Below are positions 1 through 10,668 of a stretch of 64,000 nucleotides of DNA, one piece after another. Below the pieces are notes generated by a model. It was not told where the DNA came from. It did no database searches and saw nothing but the letters and a program-made list of their open reading frames with translations. Position 1 is the first letter of the stretch. Every line of letters starts with the position of its first letter. The position numbers were made by a program, and so were the translations under genes. Source of the stretch: an uncultured Syntrophobacteraceae bacterium (lineage in GTDB: Bacteria > Desulfobacterota > Binatia > UBA9968); assembly GCA_964572145.1 (NCBI GenBank), contig CAZNES010000006.1, forward strand, positions 22,603-86,602, read 5' to 3'.

Positions 1-1
1 T

Positions 2-187
2 CGCCGGCACTATCCGATCATCGACGTGGACGGCGTGCGCATCCAATTTCCCGAGGGTTGGGGACTGATTCGCGCCTCCAACACGCAGCCCGCGCTCGTT
101 CTCCGCTTCGAAGCTCAAAGCGCCGAGAAGGTGAACGAATACCGGCGGATCGTCGAGGCCAAGCTGAAAGAGCTGCGGAGCAGCTAA
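2..187 (+). CDS. phosphohexomutase (phosphoglucosamine/phosphomanno-mutase) C-terminal fragment, 5' end outside window
   Basis: Frame translates to ...GWGLIRASNTQPALVLRFEAQSAEKVNEYRRIVEAKLKELRSS*, typical alpha-D-phosphohexomutase C-terminal domain. Confidence 0.6.
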   Translation, partial: RRHYPIIDVDGVRIQFPEGWGLIRASNTQPALVLRFEAQSAEKVNEYRRIVEAKLKELRSS

Positions 188-194
188 CAGGTAA

Positions 195-2723
195 ATGCCC
201 GGCAAGATCGTCATCCGAGGGGCGCGGCAGCACAATCTAAAGAACATCGACCTCGAGATTCCCCGCGATCGCTTCGTCGTCATCACAGGAGTTTCCGGCT
301 CGGGAAAGTCCTCGTTAGCTTTCAACACTCTCTATGCCGAGGGTCAGCGCCGCTACATCGAGTCGCTCTCGGCTTACGCGCGGCAGTTCTTGCAGCAGAT
401 GGAGCGGCCCGACGTGGACGCGATCGAGGGGCTGTCGCCCGCGATCGCGATCGAGCAGCGCGGCGCGGGCCGGAATCCGCGCTCGACGGTCGGAACGATT
501 ACCGAGATTTACGACTATCTCAAGCTCCTCTTCGCCCGCATAGGCAAACCGCATTGCTACAAGTGCGGCCGTGAGATTGCCACGCACACGGTCCAGCAAA
601 TCGTCGATCGGCTCATCTCGTTACCGCCACAAACCCAGCTCAATATTCTGGCGCCGATCGCCGTTGCCGGAGTTGCCGATGCGCGGAAAAAGCTCGACGC
701 TTTGGCCAAGGCCGGCTTTGCGCGCGTCAAGATCGACGGCAGAGTTTACGAATTGAGCGAAGAGATCGCACTCAAAAAATCCGCCGGCCATGCCGTCGAT
801 CTGATCGTCGACCGAATCGTTCTAAGAGATGGCATCGAAAAGCGGCTGGCCGATTCCCTGGAGACCGCTTATCGCTACGGCGGCGACGTCCTCAAGGTCG
901 AGATTGTGGGCGGCACGGGAAATAATGACGCCGAGCTGATCTTCAGCCAGAAATCCATCTGCGTTCGCTGCGGTATTTCTTACGCCGAGCTTGCGCCGCA
1001 ACTTTTTTCATTCAACAGCCCGGAAGGCGCCTGTCCCGACTGCGCGGGTCTGGGCCGACGGCTCGCCGCTGGCAAAGGATCGGAGGAGCCAACAGATTAC
1101 CTCGACGCCGCGCTCTGCCCGGCTTGCAATGGAAAACGCCTCAGGAGAGAGAGTCTCCATGTTTTGATTGCGGGGAAGAGCATTTCCGATCTGTCGGGCG
1201 CCCCGGTCGCAGAGGTTCTAGATTTTTTCACCAAGCTCGAGCTCAGCGAGCGCGATCGGTCTATCGCCGACCGCATGGTGCGCGAGATCGCCGCACGGCT
1301 CGGTTTTTTGATTCAGGTCGGCTTGGATTATTTAAGCCTGGACCGGCCCTCGGCCACGCTTTCCGGCGGAGAGATTCAGCGAGTCCGGCTGGCGACGGAG
1401 ATCGGGTCGCGGCTGGTGGGGGTGCTCTACATTCTCGATGAGCCGAGTATCGGGCTTCATCCGCGGGACAACGCGCGTCTGCTTGGTCTTCTTTGCGAGC
1501 TTAGAGATCTGGGCAACACGGTGCTGGTGGTCGAGCATGATCGCGAGGCCATCATGGCGGCGGATCACGTCATCGATCTAGGACCCGGCGCCGGGGTTAA
1601 CGGCGGCGCGGTAGTGGCGCAAGGATCGCCGCGGCAAGTTTTGGCAAGTGAAGGATCGCTCACCGGCCGGTATCTTTCCGGCCGTCTGGAGATTCCGCTC
1701 CCCGCTCGCCGTCGCAAAAGCAACGGCAAAGCTCTGATCGTGAAAGGCGCGCGCCAGCACAATCTAAAAGGGATCACCGCGGAGTTCCCGCTAGGGGCGA
1801 TGACATGCGTGACCGGCGTTTCGGGATCGGGCAAAAGCAGCCTCGTCCTCGACACGCTCTACGTAGCGATGAATCAACGTCTTCACGGCGTGAAAGCCGG
1901 GACCGGACTGTGCGACAAACTCGTCGGATACCACAACTTCGATAACGTCATCAGCGTCGATCAGAATCCGATCGGCCGCACGCCACGCTCGAATCCCGCG
2001 ACCTACACGGGTCTATTTCCTCATATCCGCGATCTTTTCGCGCAGCTTCCGGAAGCGAGAGTGCGCGGCTTCGGACCCGGCAGGTTTTCTTTCAACGCTA
2101 AAGGCGGACGATGCGAAGCCTGCGCCGGCGACGGCATGGTCCGAATCGAGATGCACTTCCTGCCGGACACGTTCGTTCCCTGCGAAGTTTGCCATGGGCG
2201 GCGGTTTAACCGGGAGACCTTGGAGGTTTTGTATCGCGGTCGAAGCATCGCCGACGTTCTGGATTTAACCGTCAATCAGGCGATAGAGTTTCTGGGTAAT
2301 TTCCCGGCCATTCGCCGCAAGCTGGAAACGCTTAGAGACGTGGGCATGGGTTATGTCCGTCTCGGCCAGCCGGCGACGACTCTTTCCGGCGGCGAGGCGC
2401 AGCGGATCAAGCTGGCGCGCGAATTGAGCAAACGGTCCACCGGCAGAACGCTATATATCCTCGACGAGCCGACCACGGGTCTTCACTTCGACGACGTCAG
2501 AAAGCTGCTCGACGTGCTCAACCGTTTGACCGATGCCGGCAACACGGTCGTGGTCATCGAGCACAACCTGGACGTGATCAAGACGGCCGATTTCGTGTTG
2601 GATTTGGGTCCGGAGGGCGGATATGGTGGTGGAGAGGTCGTGGCTTTCGGCACTCCCGAGGAAATCGCTCTGGTAGAGAAATCTTATACCGGGCAATATT
2701 TGAAGAGCGTCCTTCATTTTTGA
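195..2723 (+). CDS. UvrA-family ABC ATPase paralog (842 aa) lacking the insertion domain
   Basis: N-term [63 protein letters not shown]; two Walker A/signature modules; zinc-finger CxxC pairs; only ~20 aa between CPDCAGLG and CPACNGKRL where canonical UvrA has a ~110-aa insertion domain. Confidence 0.9.
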   Translation: MPGKIVIRGARQHNLKNIDLEIPRDRFVVITGVSGSGKSSLAFNTLYAEGQRRYIESLSAYARQFLQQMERPDVDAIEGLSPAIAIEQRGAGRNPRSTVGTITEIYDYLKLLFARIGKPHCYKCGREIATHTVQQIVDRLISLPPQTQLNILAPIAVAGVADARKKLDALAKAGFARVKIDGRVYELSEEIALKKSAGHAVDLIVDRIVLRDGIEKRLADSLETAYRYGGDVLKVEIVGGTGNNDAELIFSQKSICVRCGISYAELAPQLFSFNSPEGACPDCAGLGRRLAAGKGSEEPTDYLDAALCPACNGKRLRRESLHVLIAGKSISDLSGAPVAEVLDFFTKLELSERDRSIADRMVREIAARLGFLIQVGLDYLSLDRPSATLSGGEIQRVRLATEIGSRLVGVLYILDEPSIGLHPRDNARLLGLLCELRDLGNTVLVVEHDREAIMAADHVIDLGPGAGVNGGAVVAQGSPRQVLASEGSLTGRYLSGRLEIPLPARRRKSNGKALIVKGARQHNLKGITAEFPLGAMTCVTGVSGSGKSSLVLDTLYVAMNQRLHGVKAGTGLCDKLVGYHNFDNVISVDQNPIGRTPRSNPATYTGLFPHIRDLFAQLPEARVRGFGPGRFSFNAKGGRCEACAGDGMVRIEMHFLPDTFVPCEVCHGRRFNRETLEVLYRGRSIADVLDLTVNQAIEFLGNFPAIRRKLETLRDVGMGYVRLGQPATTLSGGEAQRIKLARELSKRSTGRTLYILDEPTTGLHFDDVRKLLDVLNRLTDAGNTVVVIEHNLDVIKTADFVLDLGPEGGYGGGEVVAFGTPEEIALVEKSYTGQYLKSVLHF

Positions 2724-2814
2724 GGCGCCGAAGGCCGGGTTTACCGTTCCGGCGACGCGGTATTTTCTTTCGCGCCTCTTTAAATTCTGAAAAGAATCGT
2801 TAACTTACTTGCAG

Positions 2815-2845
2815 GTTGACACGAACAATCGGCTCGGATATTGTT
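2815..2845 (+). promoter_or_regulatory. sigma70-like promoter upstream of iscS (TTGACA-17 nt-TATTGT)
   Basis: Near-consensus -35 TTGACA, 17-nt spacer, -10 TATTGT about 55 bp upstream of the iscS ATG. Confidence 0.5.
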
Positions 2846-2871
2846 ATATCAGACCTAATAGGTCTGAGATC
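2845..2871 (+). promoter_or_regulatory. 25-bp palindromic candidate operator (ATATCAGACCTAATAGGTCTGAGAT) overlapping the transcription start region
   Basis: Perfect inverted repeat TCAGACCTA/TAGGTCTGA immediately after the -10; partial match to the IscR type-1 site architecture (ATA..GAC..GTC..TAT). Confidence 0.4.
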
Positions 2872-2900
2872 GCTCTGGGGCTAATTATGCAAGGCCGACA

Positions 2901-4130
2901 ATGAAGATTCCGGTTTATTTAGACAATCATTCGACAACGCAGGTGGACCAGCGCGTTTTGGACGTTATGCTTCCCTATTTTATGGACGTGTTCGGGAACG
3001 CCGCCAGCCGCAACCATAGTTTTGGCTGGGAAGCGGAAGCGGCGGTCGACCAAGCGCGCGCTCAAATCGCGCGCTTGATCGGCGCGTCTTCGCCTAAAGA
3101 AATCGTATTCACGAGCGGAGCGACCGAATCGGACAATCTGGCGATCAAGGGGGCAGCCGAGGCTTACAAGGAGAGGGGAAATCATATCGTCTCGTGCGTC
3201 ACCGAGCACCGTGCCGTGCTGGACAGTTGCAAGTCTCTGGAGCGGCGCGGCGCCAGCGTCACTTATCTGCCGGTCAACAGCGACGGCGCTTTAAACTTTG
3301 AAAAGCTCTCCGCCGCGATAACAGAGAAAACAATACTCATTTCCCTGATGGCGGCCAACAACGAGATCGGCGTGATTCATCCGGTGAAAGAGATCGGGCA
3401 AATTGCCAAAGAGAGAGGCGTCGTTTTTCATTGCGACGGCGCGCAGGCGGTAGGAAAAATTCCCGTGAACGTCGAAGAAATGGGGATCGATCTGCTCTCA
3501 ATTTCGGCGCATAAAATGTACGGGCCCAAAGGAGTCGGCGCGTTGTACGTTCGCTCCAAGCGGCCCAAGGTTCGCCTCAGCCCGATCATCGATGGCGGCG
3601 GTCATGAGCAGGGTTTGCGCTCGGGCACGCTGAACGTCCCCGGCGTCGTCGGATTCGGCAAGGCGTGCGAAATTGCGGGGCTTGAGTTGCCGCAGGAAGC
3701 GGCCCGTCTTATCGACTTAAGAGAAAGACTCAAGCACGGCATCTTGAGCCGCCTGGAGGAGGTCTACGTGAACGGCGATCCGGTCCGGCGTTTGCCGGGG
3801 AATTTGAACATCGCTTTCGCTTATGTAGAAGGCGAGTCGCTATTGATGGCGCTCAAAGACATAGCGCTCTCCGCCGGATCGGCTTGCACATCGGCGAGCC
3901 TCGAGCCTTCCCATGTGCTGCGCGCATTGAGGCTGCCGGACGACATGGTGCATTCTTCGATCCGCTTTGGACTTGGCCGGTTCAATACAACGGAGGAAAT
4001 CGATTTTACAATCGATCGAGTGGCGCAGGAAGTATCGAGGCTGCGCAAGCTTTCACCGTTCTACGAAGCGGCGCAGCGGGACGTTCGAAGACGTGAAGAG
4101 AGGGATCTCAAAGCCCGGCAGGCTTCCTGA
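2901..4130 (+). CDS. iscS: cysteine desulfurase (class I, IscS/NifS type)
   Basis: PLP fold-type I; motifs [48 protein letters not shown]. Confidence 0.9.
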   Translation: MKIPVYLDNHSTTQVDQRVLDVMLPYFMDVFGNAASRNHSFGWEAEAAVDQARAQIARLIGASSPKEIVFTSGATESDNLAIKGAAEAYKERGNHIVSCVTEHRAVLDSCKSLERRGASVTYLPVNSDGALNFEKLSAAITEKTILISLMAANNEIGVIHPVKEIGQIAKERGVVFHCDGAQAVGKIPVNVEEMGIDLLSISAHKMYGPKGVGALYVRSKRPKVRLSPIIDGGGHEQGLRSGTLNVPGVVGFGKACEIAGLELPQEAARLIDLRERLKHGILSRLEEVYVNGDPVRRLPGNLNIAFAYVEGESLLMALKDIALSAGSACTSASLEPSHVLRALRLPDDMVHSSIRFGLGRFNTTEEIDFTIDRVAQEVSRLRKLSPFYEAAQRDVRRREERDLKARQAS

Positions 4131-4156
4131 ATCCGTCGGGCTCTTGGAGGATTAGA

Positions 4157-4477
4157 ATGGTCAGCATTACAGAGCGCGCCGCGGAGAAAATCAAGCAGCT
4201 CCAGGCGGCGGAAAACAAAGAGAGCCAGGGATTGCGCCTGAAAGTCGTCGGCGGCGGCTGCTCAGGTCTGCAATACAAGATGGACCTGGACTTGCAGAAA
4301 CCTGGCGACCGCATCTTTGAAAAAGATGGCGCCAAAGTTTTGGTGGACATGAAAAGCCTTTTGTATCTCAACGGCACCGAGCTGGATTACAAGGAAGAGC
4401 TGATGCAATCCGGATTCGTGTTTCAGAATCCCAACGTGAAGCGCTCCTGCGGCTGTGGCACTTCGTTCACGGTTTAG
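4157..4477 (+). CDS. iscA: A-type Fe-S cluster carrier (IscA/ErpA/HesB family)
   Basis: 106 aa; GGGCSGLQY and C-terminal CGCGTSF motifs. Confidence 0.9.
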   Translation: MVSITERAAEKIKQLQAAENKESQGLRLKVVGGGCSGLQYKMDLDLQKPGDRIFEKDGAKVLVDMKSLLYLNGTELDYKEELMQSGFVFQNPNVKRSCGCGTSFTV

Positions 4478-4511
4478 TGTCGCGAAGCGTTGAATTAGAA
4501 GGGTAAAAGAA

Positions 4512-5963
<1,452 letters not shown>

Positions 5964-5983
5964 GAGAGAATTGGTAATTTTCC

Positions 5984-7204
5984 ATGGACCCCGTTATCTA
6001 CTTCGATAATAACGCGACCACGCGGCTGGCGCCCGAAGCGCTCGCGGCGATGCAACCCTATCTCACCGAGCTTTACGGCAATCCCTCCAGCATCCATGGA
6101 TTCGGCAGCCAGGTGGCGCAAAAGATCCAGGAGGCGCGAGAGCAGGTTGCGGCCTTGCTCGGCGCAGCCGATCCGATCGAAATCGTGTTCACCAGTTGCG
6201 GCACCGAGGGCGATAACGCCGCGATTCGAGGGATTCTGGAGTCGCAGCCGCAAAAGCGCCACATCGTGACGACTAAAGTCGAGCACCCGGCGGTGCTGAG
6301 CCTTTGTCAGCATCTGGAGAAAAAAGGCTATCGGGTAACGTGGCTCCGGGTCGATGCGGACGGGATGCTCGACCTGGAGGAGTTGAAAGCTTCGCTCAGC
6401 GACGACACCGCGCTGGTCTCGATCATGTACGCCAACAATGAAACCGGGGTGATCTTTCCGATCGACGCCATCGGCGAGATCGTGAAAGCTAGAGGAATCC
6501 CGTTTCACGTCGATGCCGTTCAGGTGGCGGGAAAGATTCCGCTTAATCTCCGGCAAATCCCGGTCGATCTGCTGACGATATCGGCGCATAAATTCCACGG
6601 GCCCAAGGGCGTCGGCGCGATTTATGTCCGAAGAGGCATCACGTTCAGGCCTTTCATGATCGGCGGACATCAGGAGCGTGGGCGGAGAGGCGGAACTGAA
6701 AACGTGGCGGGCATCGTGGGAATGGGAAAAGCAGCCGAACTGGCTCTCGGAAACATGCCGGAAGACGAGCCCCAGGTGCGCGGGCTGCGGGACCGCCTGG
6801 AACAATCGCTGCTGGAAACGTGCCTGGAGAGCCGGGTGAACGGTCATCGTGAAAAGCGGCTGCCCAATACGCTGAACATGAGTTTTAAATTTTTAGAGGG
6901 CGAGGCCATTCTGGTTTTATTAGACCAGAACGGAATTTGCGCTTCCACAGGCTCAGCGTGTACTGCCGGCTCATCCGAGCCGTCTCATGTTCTTAGGGCC
7001 ATGGGAGTGCCTCCGGACTGGATCCAGGGAGCTGTGAGGTTCAGTCTGAGCCGCTACACCACGGAAACAGAGGTGGGGTTTGTCAACCAAAAGCTGCCCC
7101 CGATCGTCCAACGCTTGAGCGGTCTCACTGCTTTGGGGAAACTGGCGAAGAAATCCGAGCTCAAGCGTAGGGATTATGGCAATCAGGTCGGAGCGAGGAG
7201 ATAA
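5984..7204 (+). CDS. second class I cysteine desulfurase (NifS-like)
   Basis: 406 aa paralog of the upstream iscS; motifs TSCGTEGDNAAIRG, SAHKFHGPKGVGAIYV, STGSACTAGSSEPSHVL. Confidence 0.9.
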   Translation: MDPVIYFDNNATTRLAPEALAAMQPYLTELYGNPSSIHGFGSQVAQKIQEAREQVAALLGAADPIEIVFTSCGTEGDNAAIRGILESQPQKRHIVTTKVEHPAVLSLCQHLEKKGYRVTWLRVDADGMLDLEELKASLSDDTALVSIMYANNETGVIFPIDAIGEIVKARGIPFHVDAVQVAGKIPLNLRQIPVDLLTISAHKFHGPKGVGAIYVRRGITFRPFMIGGHQERGRRGGTENVAGIVGMGKAAELALGNMPEDEPQVRGLRDRLEQSLLETCLESRVNGHREKRLPNTLNMSFKFLEGEAILVLLDQNGICASTGSACTAGSSEPSHVLRAMGVPPDWIQGAVRFSLSRYTTETEVGFVNQKLPPIVQRLSGLTALGKLAKKSELKRRDYGNQVGARR

Positions 7205-7206
7205 AG

Positions 7207-7653
7207 ATGGCGCTCATGCAGATCCCCAGAAGAGTGGACTACGGGCTGCGCGCGGCGATTTATCTTGCCGGCCAAGACCCAGAAAAAAGCTGCTCGGTGG
7301 CTGAGATCGCCCGACAGCAAGGAATCCCGCGCAAGTTTTTGGAAAAAATCATTCAAGGCCTGATTCATAGCGGGCTTGTGAGATCGAAGCGCGGACAGGC
7401 CGGCGGGTATACGTTGGCGCGCTCGCCCGGCGAGATCTCGTTTCGCGACATTATCGAGGCGCTGGAGGGTCCCATCGCCGTCAATGTCTGCATGGACCAG
7501 CAAATGAGCTGTAGCCATCTTTCGCGATGCACCATGGTCGGAGTATGGCACGAGATTCAATACCGGGTGATGGATGTCTTTGCCCATACCACGCTGGCTG
7601 ACCTGCAAAAGCAGCCGGGGACCGGCTTCTCTTCTCTGTCGAGTGCGGCATGA
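7207..7653 (+). CDS. Rrf2-family transcriptional regulator (IscR-like, Fe-S binding)
   Basis: N-terminal wHTH RVDYGLRAAIYLA..; C-x6-C-x5-C-x6-H cluster-ligand spacing (VNVCMDQQMSCSHLSRCTMVGVWH). Confidence 0.85.
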   Translation: MALMQIPRRVDYGLRAAIYLAGQDPEKSCSVAEIARQQGIPRKFLEKIIQGLIHSGLVRSKRGQAGGYTLARSPGEISFRDIIEALEGPIAVNVCMDQQMSCSHLSRCTMVGVWHEIQYRVMDVFAHTTLADLQKQPGTGFSSLSSAA

Positions 7654-7714
7654 ATAAAACGCTCCCACGAACGTCCAACCAGATCAGGCCGCACTCCATA
7701 GGGAGGTAACTTTT

Positions 7715-8173
7715 ATGTCATACGAAAAAAGTTTCAACTTCGAAGACAGACTGGCAGCGCTATTTCAGCCGGACACGCTTATTCCGGCTCAATACCTGGA
7801 CACGTATCGCCGGAAGACCCATCTGGAGCCGGAGAAGCGCCTGATGCTGGCCGTCTTGGAAGACGCGATCGCCTGCTTCCAGAAGTATATCCTTGCCCGC
7901 GACGGAAAAGGCCGGGAGATGTTCCGTGAAGCCGAAGAGTGGATTTCGGAGGAAGAGGGCGAATGGCTTTTTTCCTTCGACAGCGTCTGCGAGGCGTTGG
8001 GATTCAACCCGGCTTACGTCCGTGCCGGACTGGTGCGCTGGAAGGAAGCCACGCTTCAAGCCCAGCCTAAGGCCAAGGTCTATCAACTGGCTTCCCGGAA
8101 GGCCCGCCGCAACAGCGACGTGTCGCCGCCGATGGGGACCGGCCAAAGAATGCTCAAGGCGGTAGGTCGTTAG
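7715..8173 (+). CDS. hypothetical protein (152 aa)
   Basis: Uninterrupted ORF with coding-like composition, followed by a strong rho-independent terminator; no recognisable domain. Confidence 0.55.
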   Translation: MSYEKSFNFEDRLAALFQPDTLIPAQYLDTYRRKTHLEPEKRLMLAVLEDAIACFQKYILARDGKGREMFREAEEWISEEEGEWLFSFDSVCEALGFNPAYVRAGLVRWKEATLQAQPKAKVYQLASRKARRNSDVSPPMGTGQRMLKAVGR

Positions 8174-8199
8174 ATCCGCTGAAAGCGCGCAAAGGCAGC

Positions 8200-8236
8200 G
8201 AGGGCGGTGGGACGTGAGTGCCACCGCCCTTTTTTA
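8200..8236 (+). terminator. rho-independent terminator (GGGCGGTGG..CCACCGCCC + T6)
   Basis: 9-bp GC stem, 10-nt loop, followed by TTTTTT. Confidence 0.7.
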
Positions 8237-8400
8237 TGCATCTCGCTTGCTCGGCCGGCGCGAAAGAGTGTATAAAAATTTTTCTTAACTTTTTTATGCC
8301 GCCACAGAAAAAGAGGAACAAACGCTTGCGTATAAGAAGGCTCGTTAAATCCGCCTTCGGAGCACTAGACTGGTTGCGTTACCGCGCCGGGGAGTGCAGT

Positions 8401-9312
8401 ATGAAGGGCTTTGTGCGCGCGCTGCCATGGATGCCTGCTCGCTTGGTTTATACTTACACGTCGGCCGTCGCTCGCGCGAGCTTCGTGCTTTTGTGGAAAT
8501 ATCGGCGCCGCATGGAACAGAATCTCGCCCTGGCAATGGCGGATGAATTGCCTTCTCCCCAGCAGAGGCAGGCGGTGATTCGCAAAGCGTGGAGAAACTT
8601 CGCTCAGGGGATTCTGGAAACGCTCACGCTCATGCATGCGCCCAAAGAAAATATTCTTGCCGCGAGCGGTATAGAGGGCGAAGAGCATCTGAAACGGGCG
8701 CTGGCGAAGGGCAAGGGCGTGATCGCCCTCAGCGCCCATCTCGGTAATTTTACGCTGATCGGCGTCCGGCTGGCCGCGGCGGGCTATCCCTTTGCTGTTT
8801 TGATCAAGCAGCCGCGCGACCCGCGGGTTGCCCGTATAATGGACGATTTTCGGACCAGGGCGGGAGTGCAGACGATCTCGGCCAAGCCGCGGCGTGAAGC
8901 GGTGCGGGGAATCCTGAAAGCGTTAAGGTCCAAAGGCATAGTGTTGGTGATCGCCGATGAGTTCAAATCCGGCGGCGTCCCGGTCGAATTCTTCGGAATC
9001 CGTTCCCCGGCGCCGCGCGGGCCGGCCACGCTCGCGCTGCGCACCGGAGCGGCGACTGTGCCCATGTATATGGTTCGGGATTCAAACGACCGGCTGACAC
9101 TTTACATCGAGCCTGAGATCGAGCTTTCCCGAAGCGACGGGCTCGAAGACGATGTCGCCGCCAATACCGTGCTGTTCACGCGCGTTATCGAAGCGATGAT
9201 TCGGCGCCATCCCGATCAGTGGAATTGGCTCGGCTTCCAGCGCGACGGCTTACGGGCAAGGAAGCGAAAAAAAATTACAGGATCCAAGGGTTCAAGAGTT
9301 GAAGTGATTTAA
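8401..9312 (+). CDS. lipid A biosynthesis (Kdo)2-lipid IVA acyltransferase family (LpxL/HtrB-like)
   Basis: Acyltransferase signature ..SAHLGNFTLIG..LIKQPRDPRVARIMDDFRTRAGVQTI..GIVLVIADEFKSGGVPVEFFG; start moved to the internal ATG because the track ORF begins inside the upstream terminator. Confidence 0.75.
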   Translation: MKGFVRALPWMPARLVYTYTSAVARASFVLLWKYRRRMEQNLALAMADELPSPQQRQAVIRKAWRNFAQGILETLTLMHAPKENILAASGIEGEEHLKRALAKGKGVIALSAHLGNFTLIGVRLAAAGYPFAVLIKQPRDPRVARIMDDFRTRAGVQTISAKPRREAVRGILKALRSKGIVLVIADEFKSGGVPVEFFGIRSPAPRGPATLALRTGAATVPMYMVRDSNDRLTLYIEPEIELSRSDGLEDDVAANTVLFTRVIEAMIRRHPDQWNWLGFQRDGLRARKRKKITGSKGSRVEVI

Positions 9313-9351
9313 CCTTAAGCCTTCGGAGCCTGGAACTTACTTTGCGTTTGG

Positions 9352-10485
9352 TTGACACCTCTTTGGCGGCTCCATTATAGTGAACACGTGATTCAGCGGC
9401 GCAAAACAAGGCAAATTCAGCTTGGCAGCGTCAAAGTCGGCGGCGAGGCTCCGATCACCGTCCAGTCGATGACCAAGACCGACACGCGCGACGTGAGTGC
9501 GACGGTCCATCAGATATGGTCGTTGGAAGCCGCGGGCTGCGAGATCGTGAGAGTCGCGGTTCCCGTGCGCGAGGCGGCGGAAAAGTTGGGCGAGATCAAA
9601 AATAAGATTCGCATCCCGCTCGTCGCCGATATTCATTTCAACTACAAACTTGCCCTCATCGCTCTCGAACAGGGAGTGGATGGTCTACGCCTCAACCCCG
9701 GCAACATCGGCGAACGCTGGTGCGTCGATGAAGTGGTCAAAGTCGCCGCGGAACGCAAAATCCCGATTCGCATCGGCGTAAACGCGGGCTCGCTGGAGAA
9801 GGATCTACTGAAAAAATACGATGGGCCCACGGCCGAGGGGATGGTCGAAAGCGCACTCCGCCACATCGGCATCCTGGAAGATCTAGGGTACACGGAAATC
9901 AAGGTTTCGCTCAAAGCTTCCGATCCGCTCATGATGATCGAGGCTTACCGCATGCTGGCGCAGAAGGTGGACTATCCATTTCATTTGGGCGTCACGGAAG
10001 CGGGCACGCCGACGACGGGCACGATCAAATCTTCCGTCGGAATCGGCGCGCTCTTGGCCGAGGGCATCGGCGACACCATCCGTGTTTCCCTCGCCGCCGA
10101 TCCGGTGGAAGAAGTGCGGATCGGAATGGAGATTCTCAAATCGCTCGGCCTGCGCAAAGAAGGCATGACCTTCGTAGCTTGTCCTTCGTGCGGCCGCGCC
10201 GATATCGATCTCGTGGGACTGGCGAAAGAGGTGGAGCAGCGCATGTTGCCCTTCAGCAATAAAGACATTCACGTCGCGGTCATGGGCTGCGAGGTGAACG
10301 GTCCGGGTGAGGCGCGCGCGGCGGATATCGGCGTCGCCGGCGGCAAGGGCATCGGCCTCATCTTCAAAAAAGGCGAGGTGATCCGCAAGGTGCCGGAAGC
10401 CCAGATCGTGACTGCCCTGATGGAAGAAGTGGAAAAGCTCGTGGCTGAGAAAGAGGCGGAGCGGGCAGCGTCTCCGGAGGATTGA
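9352..10485 (+). CDS. ispG: 4-hydroxy-3-methylbut-2-enyl diphosphate synthase IspG (GcpE)
   Basis: ..KTRQIQLGSVKVGGEAPITVQSMTKTDTRDV..IVRVAVP..IPLVADIHFNYKLAL; C-terminal Fe-S cysteines (CPSCGR, GCEVNGPGE). Confidence 0.9.
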   Translation: MTPLWRLHYSEHVIQRRKTRQIQLGSVKVGGEAPITVQSMTKTDTRDVSATVHQIWSLEAAGCEIVRVAVPVREAAEKLGEIKNKIRIPLVADIHFNYKLALIALEQGVDGLRLNPGNIGERWCVDEVVKVAAERKIPIRIGVNAGSLEKDLLKKYDGPTAEGMVESALRHIGILEDLGYTEIKVSLKASDPLMMIEAYRMLAQKVDYPFHLGVTEAGTPTTGTIKSSVGIGALLAEGIGDTIRVSLAADPVEEVRIGMEILKSLGLRKEGMTFVACPSCGRADIDLVGLAKEVEQRMLPFSNKDIHVAVMGCEVNGPGEARAADIGVAGGKGIGLIFKKGEVIRKVPEAQIVTALMEEVEKLVAEKEAERAASPED

Positions 10486-10494
10486 CCTCTCAGT

Positions 10495-10662
10495 TTAAAA
10501 CGCAAAGTGCAAATTGAAAAATGCAAAAGTTTCGGAGATAGAATCCGGAATCTAGGAGCCACGCTCCGGGAAACGACAACGGTTTCTGACTACCGCATTC
10601 TGGATTCTGATTCCTGGCATTTTGACTTTTACACTTTGCAATTTTCATTTTGCATTGTGTAA
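10495..10662. repeat. composite AT-rich palindromic repeat element (TGCAAA(A)TG heptamer arrays, nested inverted repeats)
   Basis: Left arm GCAAAGTGCAAATTGAAAAATGCAAAAG, right arm CTTTTACACTTTGCAATTTTCATTTTGCA; inner inverted repeat GAATCCGGAATCT/ATTCTGGATTCT; homologous to the element at ~42600. Confidence 0.7.
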
Positions 10663-10668
10663 AAGAAC

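Noticed and set aside
8218-8400. Track ORF 8218..9312 N-terminal extension of the LpxL-like protein
   Set aside because: The first ~60 codons lie inside the rho-independent terminator (GGGCGGTGG..CCACCGCCC TTTTTT) and AT-rich promoter-like sequence. The acyltransferase homology begins near the internal Met at ~8401.
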